Positions 26,337-40,215 of a stretch of 64,000 nucleotides of DNA are shown one piece after another (within the stretch, counting starts at the first letter, position 1; each line of letters starts with the position of its first letter). Both the position numbers and the translations under genes were made by a program. Source of the stretch: Bugula neritina (Eukaryota; Animalia; Bryozoa); the NCBI GenBank assembly GCA_964035545.1, contig OZ037765.1, positions 31,991,504 to 32,055,503 on the forward strand, written 5' to 3'. The notes under the pieces are model-generated. The model saw nothing but the letters and a program-made list of their open reading frames with translations. It had not been told where the DNA came from and did no database searches.

Positions 26337-28575
26337 TGTAAGCACAGTTTCCACCTCTACTCATTCTGATATCCATACACTGGAATGTGCACATCAGCAG
26401 TAACCTTTTGCTAGTAAGGAAAAATTCAGAATAACTCGTGCTCGCATGAATGATTTTGTTTATTCTACAAGCCAATAAATAGCATTTACAGTTCTTGTAA
26501 AATTCAACCAATCAAATATTATCTTTTTCTTATAGGTTCAGCTTATATAACTAGCTATTTTGTACTTCCATGGTTTTATATATATTTACATATTGCAGGT
26601 GCTCAAAGACAAAAAATTAAAGCTGCGAATCGATTTGACCTGCGTCAAAGACATGTATCTAACCATCCTATATTGGCTAAAGTTAACCAGTATTATTAGA
26701 ATAATTATTTACAGTCTAGTCCATCAATTCTCATACTCACCAACAGAGTCTTTAATTACACACTTGCACTGGAAATATCTAGGCCGGTTACCCCACGCAT
26801 CGTATCTAATAAAAATGTGTTGTAATATGGAGGTATTGTTATATGCAGTGTGTGTAGTATTTCAGCCGCATAGGACTAATCAAAGCAAAAATTAGTTCAC
26901 ATAACAGTTACACAAATCATTTTACTAGAGTTTCTAACTATTATTGCTATAATCAGTTCCAATTCTCTTCGTTATCCCATGGTATAAAATTAAATGTTTG
27001 TTTTTGTGTGTTACCATTCAGCAAAACATTTTTATCTGTGTTATATGTCAACTAGTGATACCACACTAACAAAATGATATCAAGTTTCCAAATATGCAAC
27101 TATTTTTTGGTTTTGAAGTGCAATGTCAGCTAGTGTCTCAATAAAATAAATTCACTGTCATGTATTACAATTTGTAGAATTATAATTGAATTATTTGCAG
27201 TTATTATATGCAATCTCATTTATTAAATTGTTCAATTGAACTTTAAAGCTTGTCTCACTTGTAGAAGCTTTCAATATTTACCTCATTTTGAACAGCATAT
27301 CAAGTTTTAAACTTAATTATCTAATAACTAAAATATTTTACATTTATTCAAAAGGTCTCTAAATAGTTACAAATCTTACATATCTGCCAAAATACGAAGC
27401 ATCCACACAGCCGGTGATAAAATATTTTAGTAGATAATATAATATTTGCAAAAACACTATGCATTTTAACTATAACTTTTATTTCTCACTATAACGCTAT
27501 AGCTATTGTGGTCATTTATTTTGCTTAGATGTTTTAATTTGAATTTAATCATTTTGTAAGACTGTCTGTATAACTCCATGAATGCAAATAGATATTGTAA
27601 ATATGGTCACCACGTTTCTCTTAGAATCCCATATTTACTGGTGAAGAGGCTATTAATAACTATTTATAGCCTTATATAAGTAATATAATAAGCATTGACT
27701 GCTCTGTCTGGTGTTGGTGTAGGCTACTCGTGATGCTAATGTCACATTTTATAGGAATATTTCCCTTCTGTTAACCCTTTCCTATCCAAGTTTAGGAGGA
27801 TTTTTGACAGTTTTGTATTTCTTATAATTGATGGGTTGTCCTCGTTCAATTCCATTATGCATAATATTTATTATTTATAATTCAAAACAACATCAAAGCA
27901 GGTTTCCGGCGGTGAACAAAATAACTCACAAGAAGATCTCAATACTGTGTGGTGATGATTTTAAATTATAATAAAAACTTTCAATTCCAGGTGGGAGTAG
28001 GCATAGTGGTGTGTATATTCATCATGAGTCAATGTTTAAGATAAAATATTGTGAATCAAAGCGCCCATTTCTCTAATTCGCATAATGCAAAGAAAATTTT
28101 TCATCGAAGAAGCTGTTTGACTGAATTTTACTTCGATGCAACTATAATTTCCATATGGCAAATGAAAAAACCCATTCGCATAATGCGATAATAGAAATGT
28201 AGTGATAGTAGCAATTGCAAGATGATTGTATGTATTTAATAAATTTTAGCCCAATAAAATGCAGTTATATACAGTACAGGTTTATTATTGTGGTTAGACT
28301 TGAGTAATTATGCAAACATCAGCATTCACAGTTAGGTGTGAGATGCAAAAAGAATTTTCAATTAACTTGTCATTTTTATTTTACAGGCAAGTGATGGAGA
28401 AAACTCTCAAATACAGAAAAACCTTTATAAACTGTGTTGCACTCTTACCAATAGAGTAAAAAAGCTTTTTACATGAAGCAATGCATTTAGAGTATGTAGA
28501 AAAGTCATATCTATATCTGCATGTAGCAGTAAAGCTTTGACTAGACTTTTATATCCAAAATTGTATCAGTACCAA

Positions 28576-29103
<528 letters not shown>

Positions 29104-29934
29104 TTTTATTGTTATATTGTGGTCATATTTTTTGTTATCATAAATGCAACACAAATATCAATGTTTTGTAAATAATTGGAACAGATAAAATTTTGAAATG
29201 GTAAAAAATTATGCCAATATACAAATAATAATAGGGAAGAAAACTCGAACTATTTGAAGGTTAAGATTTTCAATATCCAGAAACTCTTGTAAAAACGATT
29301 TGTGCAATCATTATGTGAACTAATTGTTCTTTTGATAAGATGCATGTGGCTTAAATATGATACACATATCCTTATATAAAATAAAATTTCATATTTTTTA
29401 TTACTATGAAACACAATGCGTAGGGTGGCGAGCCTATATATTTCCGGTACAGTTCAGTAATTAAAGACTTCGTTGGTAAGTATATGAGAATTGGTACACT
29501 AGTCACTAGACTGTAAATAATTATTCTAATAATACTGGTTAACTTTAGCCAATAGGATGGTTAGATACATGTCTTTGACGCAGGTCAAACCGATTCGAGG
29601 CTTTAATTTTTTATCTCTGCGTAACTTCAACGTTTTTGTTCATAATATCGAACCTTGCTAGTACAAAATAACTAGTTATATAAGCTGAACTTAGAAAAAA
29701 GGAAGCTAGTATTTGATTGGTTGAACCTAACCAAAGATATAAAAGATGAGAAAAGTACTTTAACGCAGCAGGATCTACTTTTTGCTAAATATTGGAAACA
29801 AAATCATTCATGCGAGCATGAGGTTTTTCCTCACTAACAAAAGGCTAATGCAGATGTGCACATTCTAGCGTATATGGAAAGCGGAATGAGTAGCCATAAA
29901 AACAGGACTTACATTGATCAACAAACTAGAAGAT

Positions 29935-30852
29935 ATGATGATGAGTACAAGTTTGTCTGAAGAGAACAAGGTTGGTACAAAAGACATGTGTGAGAACATA
30001 GCAGACAACCAACAGCCATGTGCAAAGAGTATTACAGCTGGGAAGAAGTTTGTATGTGAAATATGTAATGCTAGTTTCACTATGATAGGAAACTTGAATC
30101 GCCATAAGAAAGGTCATTCAAATCATCATCCTTACACCTGCAGATTCTGCCTGAGGGGCTTCCTCCGAAGATCCAGTTACAATGAGCACATCCGACTGCA
30201 TACTGGTGAGAAACCGTATCAGTGTGAAACTTGTCTTCAGACATTTGTTAGAAAAAAGTGTCATAAGATACACATTAGAAAATGCAAAGAAAACAATTTG
30301 TCAAAATTCAGCAACCCAACTTCTCAAGAGAATCTGATGAATTCTTTTAGAGGTCTTATTGTTTCACCTTCTGCCTCAATGACTAGACCAGTTTTAGCTG
30401 AAGATCAACCATTAGATTTTTCAGTCAGGCAGTTTCAGTTTGACAATAACACAAACAGTCAAGTTGGACAAGCCCAGATTAAGAAGTTCATAAAAGAGGG
30501 TTCCCAGTTTTATTTACCTTTCACGACAGCATATGGAGAGCACTTAAAAATGTCACCAATAGAAGGCAAATCAACTTTGTCTTCTGTGGAAAATGAATCA
30601 CAAAGCTATTCTTCACTACATCAGAGTGATTCTAGGCTGACACCAGCCCATCCAATTGAGCCTGTGGCCCTACATCAACTCCATGACTCCGGCATCAACC
30701 AGCTATGGCCATGTAGATATTGCCAAGTTTATTTTTCTGACTCAGTCCAACTTAGAGAGCATATGTTATGTCATGATACAGTAAATCCTTTGACCTGCAC
30801 TTTATGTAGAAAAGTGTGTAAAATTTCTACTGAATTCCTAAAACATCCCTAG
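29935..30852 (+). CDS. Ikaros-like zinc-finger protein, copy 6 (full length; PLDFS variant)
   Basis: First ATG at 29935; intact ORF; the CtBP motif is changed to PLDFS. Confidence 0.88.
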   Translation: MMMSTSLSEENKVGTKDMCENIADNQQPCAKSITAGKKFVCEICNASFTMIGNLNRHKKGHSNHHPYTCRFCLRGFLRRSSYNEHIRLHTGEKPYQCETCLQTFVRKKCHKIHIRKCKENNLSKFSNPTSQENLMNSFRGLIVSPSASMTRPVLAEDQPLDFSVRQFQFDNNTNSQVGQAQIKKFIKEGSQFYLPFTTAYGEHLKMSPIEGKSTLSSVENESQSYSSLHQSDSRLTPAHPIEPVALHQLHDSGINQLWPCRYCQVYFSDSVQLREHMLCHDTVNPLTCTLCRKVCKISTEFLKHP

Positions 30853-33800
30853 CTTTAGAATAGTTCCTCAAGATCAAACATTTTCAGGTATAACATTCCT
30901 AATGTTTCATTTTATTTTTAATGTATATTTTATTAAATACATGCACATATGTCTAAATATCCTAACTAACCTGCCTTTTCTTCTCAACTGAAGTTTATAT
31001 AAATATCCCACAAGCCTGCTATATTACTACTACTACAAGATGTCTTCTACACTAACTTCAGTCAGTCAAGTTGGTTTGATTTACATAAATTAATGAAGCA
31101 TAAATCAGCTGCATCGCTTTTTTTCAGATATAGTTATATATATTTATAAATATTTTAAGTGTTTTAATTTTATTAATTTTATAACAAAAAAGTTGTAAGC
31201 ATAGTTTAGCTAAGTATAAGTGTTGTTTATAAAACAAACATTGAATGAGAGCATTTGGGGGCTTTGTTTACACTTCTTTCACCATAAACTTAGAGTAGCC
31301 TAATAGAGTTTTTAAGTTAGTCTTTATTTGACTATTTAAAGTCTAAACTTATGACTAAAACTGCTTTTTTTTATCGTTTCTCTGCATCATGACGTGGGCT
31401 TTATTATTAGATGAATTCAAGCTTTTGAGCTGAGCATGCAACATGTCTCTTGGGTCTTTACTTTCATTTCTATTCATTGGCATGACACATATGTTCATTC
31501 CAAAAGTGCACATATTATATTTGAATCATCGAGAAAATTAATTTTTTTGACGTAGCCTAATATAGATTTTATACTTACTAGATTAGGAGTTTTTTTATAA
31601 TTGATGGCTATGATCTTGGATTTTTCAAAATGCTCAAGGGTGACAGGTCCACACTTATCTGAAAGTATTTACTTAAACTCTCAAGCAAGATAGGTAATCA
31701 GGAAAGAAAAAGGCGTCGTCCGGGATTTTGAGCCTTGCCCTAAGTTCGGCCAGACTATAACATAGTACTTGTTAGTTCCTGTGCCAAGTCTAGTATATTA
31801 TGTGGTATTTCCTGATGTCAATCACATTTGTCGAATGTGTGATTGGGTGACCTATGAATATTTGTATGTTGCAGTACTGTATAAGTATCATATTAAAATA
31901 TTATACATTGTGCATTATCAATTATCATATAATCGTCATAATGTAATGTTATGTTGTAATCAACAAGAAGCTTCATTAAAAGCTATACTTTCATTGTGGC
32001 CTATAAATGATTTGAATTTCAGTTTCTTCTGCTTTTATACACTCCCTCATCACTTAAAACAAATAATTATATACTTTGTTGAAAGTGCATATAGAAAAAT
32101 ATGCAACTACTTATGATTTTAGATAAGGGTTATTACAATAACCATAGTTCCTTCGTATTAACTCCCCCCCCCCTCCCAATGCATAAAAGAAATTTTGACA
32201 GTTTTAAAGTTCTTATGATTAATGAGTAATTCTCCTTATTTAGTTCTATTATTATTTACAATTCAAAACACCACCAATAAAGCACATTTCTGGTAGTGAA
32301 TAAAATTACCAATAAGAAGATATTGATACTGCGTGGTGATGAGTTATCTGGCAATAAATTATAATTATAATTTATTATAATAAAAATTTTCAGATCCGGG
32401 TGTGTGTAGGCGTAGTGGTACGTATATTTATCCTGAGTCAACATACAGGTTTTAAAAAAGTATATCCTGGATCATGCAGTGCAACACACCAAGTCCTTGT
32501 AGCTCTAGCTGTATCTGTTGGCCTGTAAGATGTACAAATACTGATAATAGTTTCAAATTTTAAAATCTAGTTCAGTAAAACACAATTATATTGTGTAGCT
32601 TCATTATTTTATAAGTTAGACCTATAAACCCTATACAAAGTTATCGGGCATATGGCTTTATGTGATTTTTTCATTTTGTGATGAAATATTTTCTGTACTT
32701 AAATTTTACTAAAACATATGTCTGAGTCTAGCCAGGCATTGCATCAGATCAATAGCCTACTCATGTATTTAATTTACAGGTAAGAGATGAAAACTTCCAT
32801 CATATGAAACAATGCATCTAGAAAGTCATATCTATCTGTATGTAGTTCTAAAGCTCAGACTAGACTTTTTAACAATAAATGTAGCAGATCAAAAATTTTA
32901 TTATTTTATAAAAATTTTATCATTAAGTCAGAAATTACTAAAGCCAAGTTGTAGTAAAACTTGCTAAAACTTAACTTGTAAAACTTAGCTATCTTAATTA
33001 TATTGAGAATACCTATAAAGAAAAGCTTTCCACATAGGACAGTCAGTGCTAACTAAAAGATTGACCTGGCACTTGGCAATAGTTGGTGCTAGTGGACTAG
33101 TTGTAATTTTAGGAGAGCAAAAATAATTGTTTATGATGTTTCTTTTCTGATGTGGAATACAAATGTTTATATTTTTCATATTGTTTATTTAAGTTTATGC
33201 TGAAATTATGTAAGTTTTGAATTGCCATTGTAGTCTTGACATGTTAAATGATGTCAAGCAGTGTCAACCAGTGTAATGCTAGAATAATATTACAATAAAG
33301 GACATCAGTGTGGATTTTTTTCTCAAATTAGAGCCTATAGTTCACTCGAAAAGTATTTGTTATTCATGCAGCTCTTATGTTTTATATGGTATCAACTTTG
33401 CTATAACGGGTGGTTAATATGACAAGTTTATTTTTATGTCCAATCTTGCTAATAATTTCAATGTCTTCATGTAATAAAGAAGTTTAGTCAGTTGGTACTT
33501 TGCTGCATACTTAGAAGAATTGAGATCCCAACACAGTGGTTTTATACTGTGTTAAGATATTTTCAATACTAGAACCCTAAAAGAAAACATTACCATTACC
33601 CTCATCTTGAAACTGTGTACACAACTTCATGACATCTGTCACAAATTTTGTATGTTGAAGAATGAAACACTATTGAGATTATTATACGTCTATAACAGCT
33701 ACAATATTTCAAACCAAGACTACACAATATTAATAGAAAAATATTTATATATTGGAATGCATGCGGCATAAGACAACTTCAAGTAAGAGTAACCGGTAAA

Positions 33801-34611
33801 GCTGTAAAATAATATAAATTGTTCAATGTATCTCAGTTCACTAACACCACATAACTTAATTGGAACAGATAAAATTTCGAAATGATAAAAAAGTAAGCCA
33901 ATATACAAATATTAATAGGGAAGAAAACTCACACACTATAGTTGGTTAAGATTTTCAATATTCAAAAACTCTTGTAAAAATGATTTGAGCAATTATTAGG
34001 TGGACTAATTTTTCTTTTGATGAGATGCATGTGACTTAAATATGATACACATATTTTTATATAAAATGCAATTCCATATTTGTATTGCCATTAAACACGA
34101 TGCGCGGGTGGCGGCCTACATATTTCTAGTACAGTTCCGTAATTAAAGACTCTGTTGGCATAAGTATATGAGAATTGATACACTAGTCACTAGACTGTAA
34201 ATGATTATTCTAATTATACTGGTAAACTTTAGCCAATCAGATGGTTAGATACATGTCTTTGACGCAGGTCAAACCGATTTGTTGCTTTAATTTTTTATCT
34301 TTGCGCAACTTCAACATTTTTATTTATAATATCAAACTGTGCTAGTACAAAATAACCAGTTATACAAGCTGAACTTCGAAAAAGCTAGTATTCGATTGGT
34401 TGATCTAAGTCAAAAATATAAAAGGTGAGAAAAGTACTTTAACGCAACAGGATCTATTTTTTGCTAAATATTGAAAACAAAATCATTCATGCGAGCATGA
34501 GGTTTTTCCTCGCTAACAAAAGGTTAGTGCGAATGTGCACATTCCAGTGCATGGATAGCAGAATGAGTAGCCATAAAAACAGGACTTACATTGATTAACA
34601 AACTAGAAGAT

Positions 34612-35505
34612 ATGATGATGAGTACAAGTTTGCCTGAAGAGAACAAGGTTGGTGCAGAAGACATGTGTGAGAACATAGCAGACAACCAACAGCCAAAGAG
34701 TACTACAGCTGAGAAGAAGTTTGTATGTGAAATATGTTATGCTAGTTTCACTATGATAGGAAACTTGAATCGCCATAAGAAAGGTCATTCAAATCATCGT
34801 CCTTACACCTGCAAATTCTGCCTGAGGGGCTTTCTCCGAAGAACCAGTTACAATGAGCACATCCGACTGCATACTGGTGAGAAACCGTATCAGTGTGAAA
34901 CTTGTCTTCAGACATTTGTTAGAAAAAAGTGTCATCAAATGCACATTAGGAAATGCAAAGAAAACAATTTGTCAAAAGCCAGGAACCCACCTTCTCAAGA
35001 GAACCTGATGAACTCTTCTGGAGGTATGACTTTTTTACCTTTGGCCTCAATGACTAGACCAGTTTTAGCTGAAGATAAACCATTAGATTTATCTGTCAGG
35101 CAGTTTCAGCTTGATAATATCTATGACAGTCAAGTTGAACAAGCCCAGATTAAGAAGTTCATAAAAACTGGTTTCCAGTTTTACTTACCTTTCACAACAG
35201 AATACGAAAAATGCTTAAAAATGTCACCAATAGACAATTCACCAACTTTAATTTCTAAGGAAAATGAATCACAAAGCTATTCTTCACCACATCAGAGTGA
35301 TTCTAGGCTGACACCAGCTTATCCAATTGAACCTGTGGCCCTTCATCAACTCCATGACTCCGGCATCAACCAGCTATGGCCATGTAGATATTGCCAAGTT
35401 TATTTTACTGACTCAGGTCAACTTAGAGAACACATGTTATGTCATTATACAGTAATTCCTGTGACCTGCACTTTATGTAGAAAAGGTGTGCAAAAATTCC
35501 ACTGA
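34612..35505 (+). CDS. Ikaros-like zinc-finger protein, copy 7 (1-bp insertion in the last finger)
   Basis: Intact through CTLC. An extra G at ~35486 shifts the last codons; the ancestral end is ...FLKHH* at ~35524. Confidence 0.82.
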   Translation: MMMSTSLPEENKVGAEDMCENIADNQQPKSTTAEKKFVCEICYASFTMIGNLNRHKKGHSNHRPYTCKFCLRGFLRRTSYNEHIRLHTGEKPYQCETCLQTFVRKKCHQMHIRKCKENNLSKARNPPSQENLMNSSGGMTFLPLASMTRPVLAEDKPLDLSVRQFQLDNIYDSQVEQAQIKKFIKTGFQFYLPFTTEYEKCLKMSPIDNSPTLISKENESQSYSSPHQSDSRLTPAYPIEPVALHQLHDSGINQLWPCRYCQVYFTDSGQLREHMLCHYTVIPVTCTLCRKGVQKFH

Positions 35506-36659
35506 GTTTCTCAAACATCATTAACATTGGTATAGTTGCTTAAAATCAAATAATATAAAGACGCAATATTCTTAATTTTAGTCTATACTTTTTAATGTTT
35601 TTTTTTTCAAAATACATGCACATATAAAATATGCCTTAATATTTTAACTAACCTGCCTTTTCTTCTTAACTGGAGTTTATATAAATACTTTACAAGTCTG
35701 AAATATTGTTAAAAGTACAGTTTTTCTGTTACACAAAATCCAATCAATCAAGTTGGTTTGATTGACATAAAATAATGAAGCATAAATTAGTTGCAACCAA
35801 TTTTTTTTTCAAAGAGTTATAAATTTACAAATATCTTAAGTATTTCTATTTTATCTTTTTATAATAATAAAGTTGCAAGCATAGATAATGAGTTAGCTGG
35901 GTGAGAGTTGTTAATAGAATAAACATTGAATGGGAATAATTAGTGACTATCTTTTACACTCTTTTCCCCCTATGCTTATAGTAAAAGAGCTTTTACTTCA
36001 GTCTTTATATGCAGCTATGTACAATAATGACTAAAACTGTGCTTAATATAGTACTTGTTATAGTTCATGTACCAACAGTCTAGTATATTATGTGGTATTT
36101 CCTGATGTCAATCACAGCCACTGAAATGAGTGATTGAGTGAATGTTATTATCACTTTGACATGAATATATATTTGTATATTACAGTACTGTGTGAATTAT
36201 GATATCTATTACAATATTGCATCATTATATTATATAGTTATCATAATATAATAATGTACTATAATTAATATGAAGTTTTCTTAAACACTCTGTGCATTTC
36301 GACCTATAAGTAGTTTGAATTAAATATTGAATATTATGCATGGGAAAGAAAATTTTGTGAAATGCTTTTGAAGCTTCTATTAATAGCTTGAAATGTTAAA
36401 AAAGTTGTTAGTTTGTGAATCGAATCAGACAAAGGTCTCCAATTTCTTGCAGTCAAATGATGGCAAATGTATAGCTAGGATGCTTAATATAAATATAAAA
36501 AATTATCTAAAATACTAAGACTTGCATTCGAATCAGTTTTATGTTAACCCTTTCATACATGAAACAGACATTAATATAACTGTTTCTTTTAGTCAGCAGT
36601 TTTAAACTTTAGAAATATTTTAGAAATATATTTGCTAAAACCTAAAAATATTAAAATTA

Positions 36660-37353
36660 AAATGGAAGAAAACTCACACATCAGTTGGTTAAGATCCTAA
36701 TATCCAGAAACTTTTGAGAAAATGACTTGTGCAATCATTTTGTGGACTAATTTCTTTTCGATGAGCCACATGTGGCTTAAATGATACGCATATCTTTATA
36801 AAAAGTATAGTTTCTTATTCGTATTAAACTACGTACTAGACACAATGCATAGGGTGGGGGGCCTATATATTTCCGGTATACAGTTCAGTAATTAAAGACT
36901 TCGTTGGTAAGTATATGAGAATTGGTACACTAGTCACTAGACTGTAAATAATTATTCTAATAATACTGGTTAACTCTAGCCAATAGGATGGTTAGATACA
37001 TGTCTTTGACACAGGTCAAACCGATTCGAGGCTTTAATTTTTTATCTCTGCGTAACTTCAACGTTTTTGTTCATAATATCGAACCTTGCTAGTACAAAAT
37101 AACTAGTTATATAAGCTGAACTTAGAAAAAAGGAAGCTAGTATTTGATTGGTTGAACCTAACCAAAGATATAAAAGATGAGAAAAGTACTTTAACGCAGC
37201 AGGATCTACTTTTTGCTAAATATTGGAAACAAAATCATTCATGCGAGCATGAGGTTTTTCCTCACTAACAAAAGGCTAATGCAGATGTGCACATTCCATG
37301 GTGTATGGAAAGCGGAACGAGTAGATGTGAAACCGGAACTTACATTGATTAAC
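36660..37353 (+). pseudogene. Promoter/5'UTR-only copy 8 (no CDS)
   Basis: Nearly identical to 19200-19725, with the core at 36917-37021. Homology stops just before the ATG. Confidence 0.8.
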
Positions 37354-37484
37354 ATACTTGTACTGATATAGAAGACAAAGAACTCTAGATACTAGATATT
37401 TAGGTGTAAAGAGTTGTCTTCTCTTCCATTGTGGCCGATGCATACATAGTATATATAATTATAAACATTTCCCAATACAATATC

Positions 37485-37670
<186 letters not shown>

Positions 37671-38829
37671 GATACTTTTGTCATGAAAATTTAATTATTC
37701 TGAAAATTGTGAGAGAGATAGAAACAACAAACTGGTACCTGTAATAGACAACAGATGCAGCATTAAGACTAAAGATTATTGAACTAGTAACTTGAAAAAC
37801 AGACGAATGAGAGCCAAAAGTGAAAAATTCGGCCCGTTGTGCCTCTCCCCCCCCCCCTTATCCCTATTAATTAGTTTTTCAAGCCTACCCTTTAAGCTGG
37901 AAGTGAACAGGAAACACATGTCTAATAGAACCTCTTCCCCACCAAGCAAAACAAAGGATGGGGATAATATATGTTAAGAATGCATAGAAAGAGGCTATTA
38001 ATAACTACTTATAATTATTTCAGATAAGGATTACAATAACCATAGTTACTTCCTATGAACTTTTCCCTCTAAATGTGTAGGAGGATTTTTGACAGTATCA
38101 TATTACTAATAATTGATGGGTTCTCCTTATTCAATTGATTTATGCAGGTTATTTATTATTTATAATTCAAAATAACATCAAAGCAGTGTTCTGTTAGTGA
38201 ATAAAAAGATCTCATTACTGTGGTGTAATGAGCTTGCTGGCAAGTTATAATAAAAACTTTCAAATTCTTTGGGTGTAGGCGCTGTAAGAGCGCTTGTGTA
38301 TATTTATCATGAGTATGCAACTGCAGGTTGTAAAAAGTATATCCTGGATCAGTGCAACACACTAAGTCCTTGTAGCTCTAGCTGTATCTGTTGGCCTGTA
38401 AGATGTACAAATACTGATAATAGTTTCAAGTTTTAAAATCTAGTTCAGTAAAATGGAGTTATATTTCGAAGTTTCATTATTGTGGTTAGACCTTTACAAA
38501 TATCATCATGTACAGCTATATATATATGCTATATAGAACTTATTTTTTTTCATCTCACATATATGTGAGATGAAAAAAAAATAAGTTTTTCAACTTGTCA
38601 TAAAGTCTTTTTTGCCCCTAAAATATTTTCTTATTACTATTAGGTGAGTGCAATATTTACACAAACTTTAGTTTAAAAAAATATAGGCAAAATAAAATGT
38701 TATTTAATATCATATTTCTGTGTTATTAAAATTAAATATTGAAAAATGAAATAACAAAATAGTAATATTGTCTTTGGAATTATTTAATTTGGGGCAACTA
38801 TATGAAGTGCCAAATGGTCAAAGATTCGC

Positions 38830-39124
38830 TTATTATTGCATCACATATGCTTATAATAAAGTATCTAACCATTATTCTCTCTCATATGCTCACAAAATGC
38901 TCTCATTGGTCTATAATTTGCTCTCATACCCTCATTATTTATGCTCTTAGGTCTATTATTTGGTCTCACACTGTCATTATTCATTCCCATACCCTTATTT
39001 CTCTTCCTTTTATGCTCATTATTCAGTCCTATACCTCCATTATGCACTCTCATACTCCTATTATTTGCTCTGTTATAGACATTATTCACTCTCTTATGCT
39101 TATTATTCTTTCTCATACCCTTAT
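38830..39124. repeat. Degenerate 21-bp minisatellite (~14 units)
   Basis: Period-21 units resembling ATTATTCACTCTCATACCCTC. Confidence 0.8.
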
Positions 39125-39126
39125 TA

Positions 39127-39469
39127 GCCTAGGGCCACACGATGCGTATTTTCGCATGCGAAAATTGAAATCACAAGTAGCAAAGGTGTCCACTGTGCGC
39201 GTTGAGAAAACATTCGCGCTTGTCGCTCTGCATTTTCAACGCAAGTGCGAATCGTCTCTGTCGTCGTCACCTAATTGGCTGGTAGTTATTCAGCGAGCCC
39301 AATTTCTTTATTTAGTGCTATATTCCAGTAAATTGCGTTTTATTGAAAGCGAGTGCGATTTAAAAATGAAAGCTTTATTTATCACGCATCACTGACGCTA
39401 CAGTGGACACCTTTGCTACTTGTGATTTTAATTTTCGCATGCGAAAATACGCACAGTGTGGCCCTAGGC
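39127..39469. mobile_element. MITE family A, independent insertion in opposite orientation
   Basis: Same TIRs, interior reverse-complemented relative to 13037, TTA on both sides. Confidence 0.88.
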
Positions 39470-39954
39470 TTACTGTCTTGCCTTTGCGCCTGATTCTGAC
39501 TCACTAGTATTTGTGTACACATCACAATAGTAGAGTATATGCCAGTCTATTCGGGTCACACTACTAAGCTCCGCCCTATTCATTAAATCTGATTGGGTAA
39601 CTGCAATGACACCGGGAGTAATAATAAATGCTGGGTGGGTGCCTAGGTTTAGTTAGCCATTCTTCATTCATAAGTATCAGACTAGGAGTGAACAGGAGCG
39701 TTACGAGTTACCTACATTTCGCAAGGAAATCCCACCTCATTTAAATTATGTAATCAGAAATACGCACAGAGTAACAGTCAATTTTACATAATCAGTAAGA
39801 AAGCCACGGCTATTAGTAGAAAGGCATGCATTAGAAGCTGGTTATTATACTTAATATAAGGAAAAGCACCTGGCGATTGATAGAAAAGTACACAAACATT
39901 AGGATAATTGTAAGTTTACTGGGGCATGCATTCGCAGTTTTACCCCAATGGGCA

Positions 39955-40215
39955 GTTATAACTGATTCGTAGGAGGAAGCCCTTCAGGCAGAATTTGCAG
40001 GTGTAAGGACGATGGTTTGAATGACCTTTCTTATGGCGATTCAAGTTTCCTATCATAGTGAAACTAGCATTACATATTTCACATATAAACTTCTTCCCAG
40101 CTGTAGAACTATTTGGCTGTTGGTTGTCTGCTATATTCTCACATATGTCTTCTATATCAACCTTGTTCTCTTCAGGCAAACTTGTACTCATCATGTTCTC
40201 TTGTTTGCTAGTCAT
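39955..40215 (-). pseudogene. Ikaros-like gene copy 9, 5' fragment
   Basis: Finger 1 and most of finger 2, then unrelated sequence. Promoter core at 40523-40620; homologous 3' flank at ~38640-38805. Confidence 0.85.

Noticed and set aside
38802-39395. 197-aa ORF
   Set aside because: It is produced by the 21-bp minisatellite reading into a MITE.
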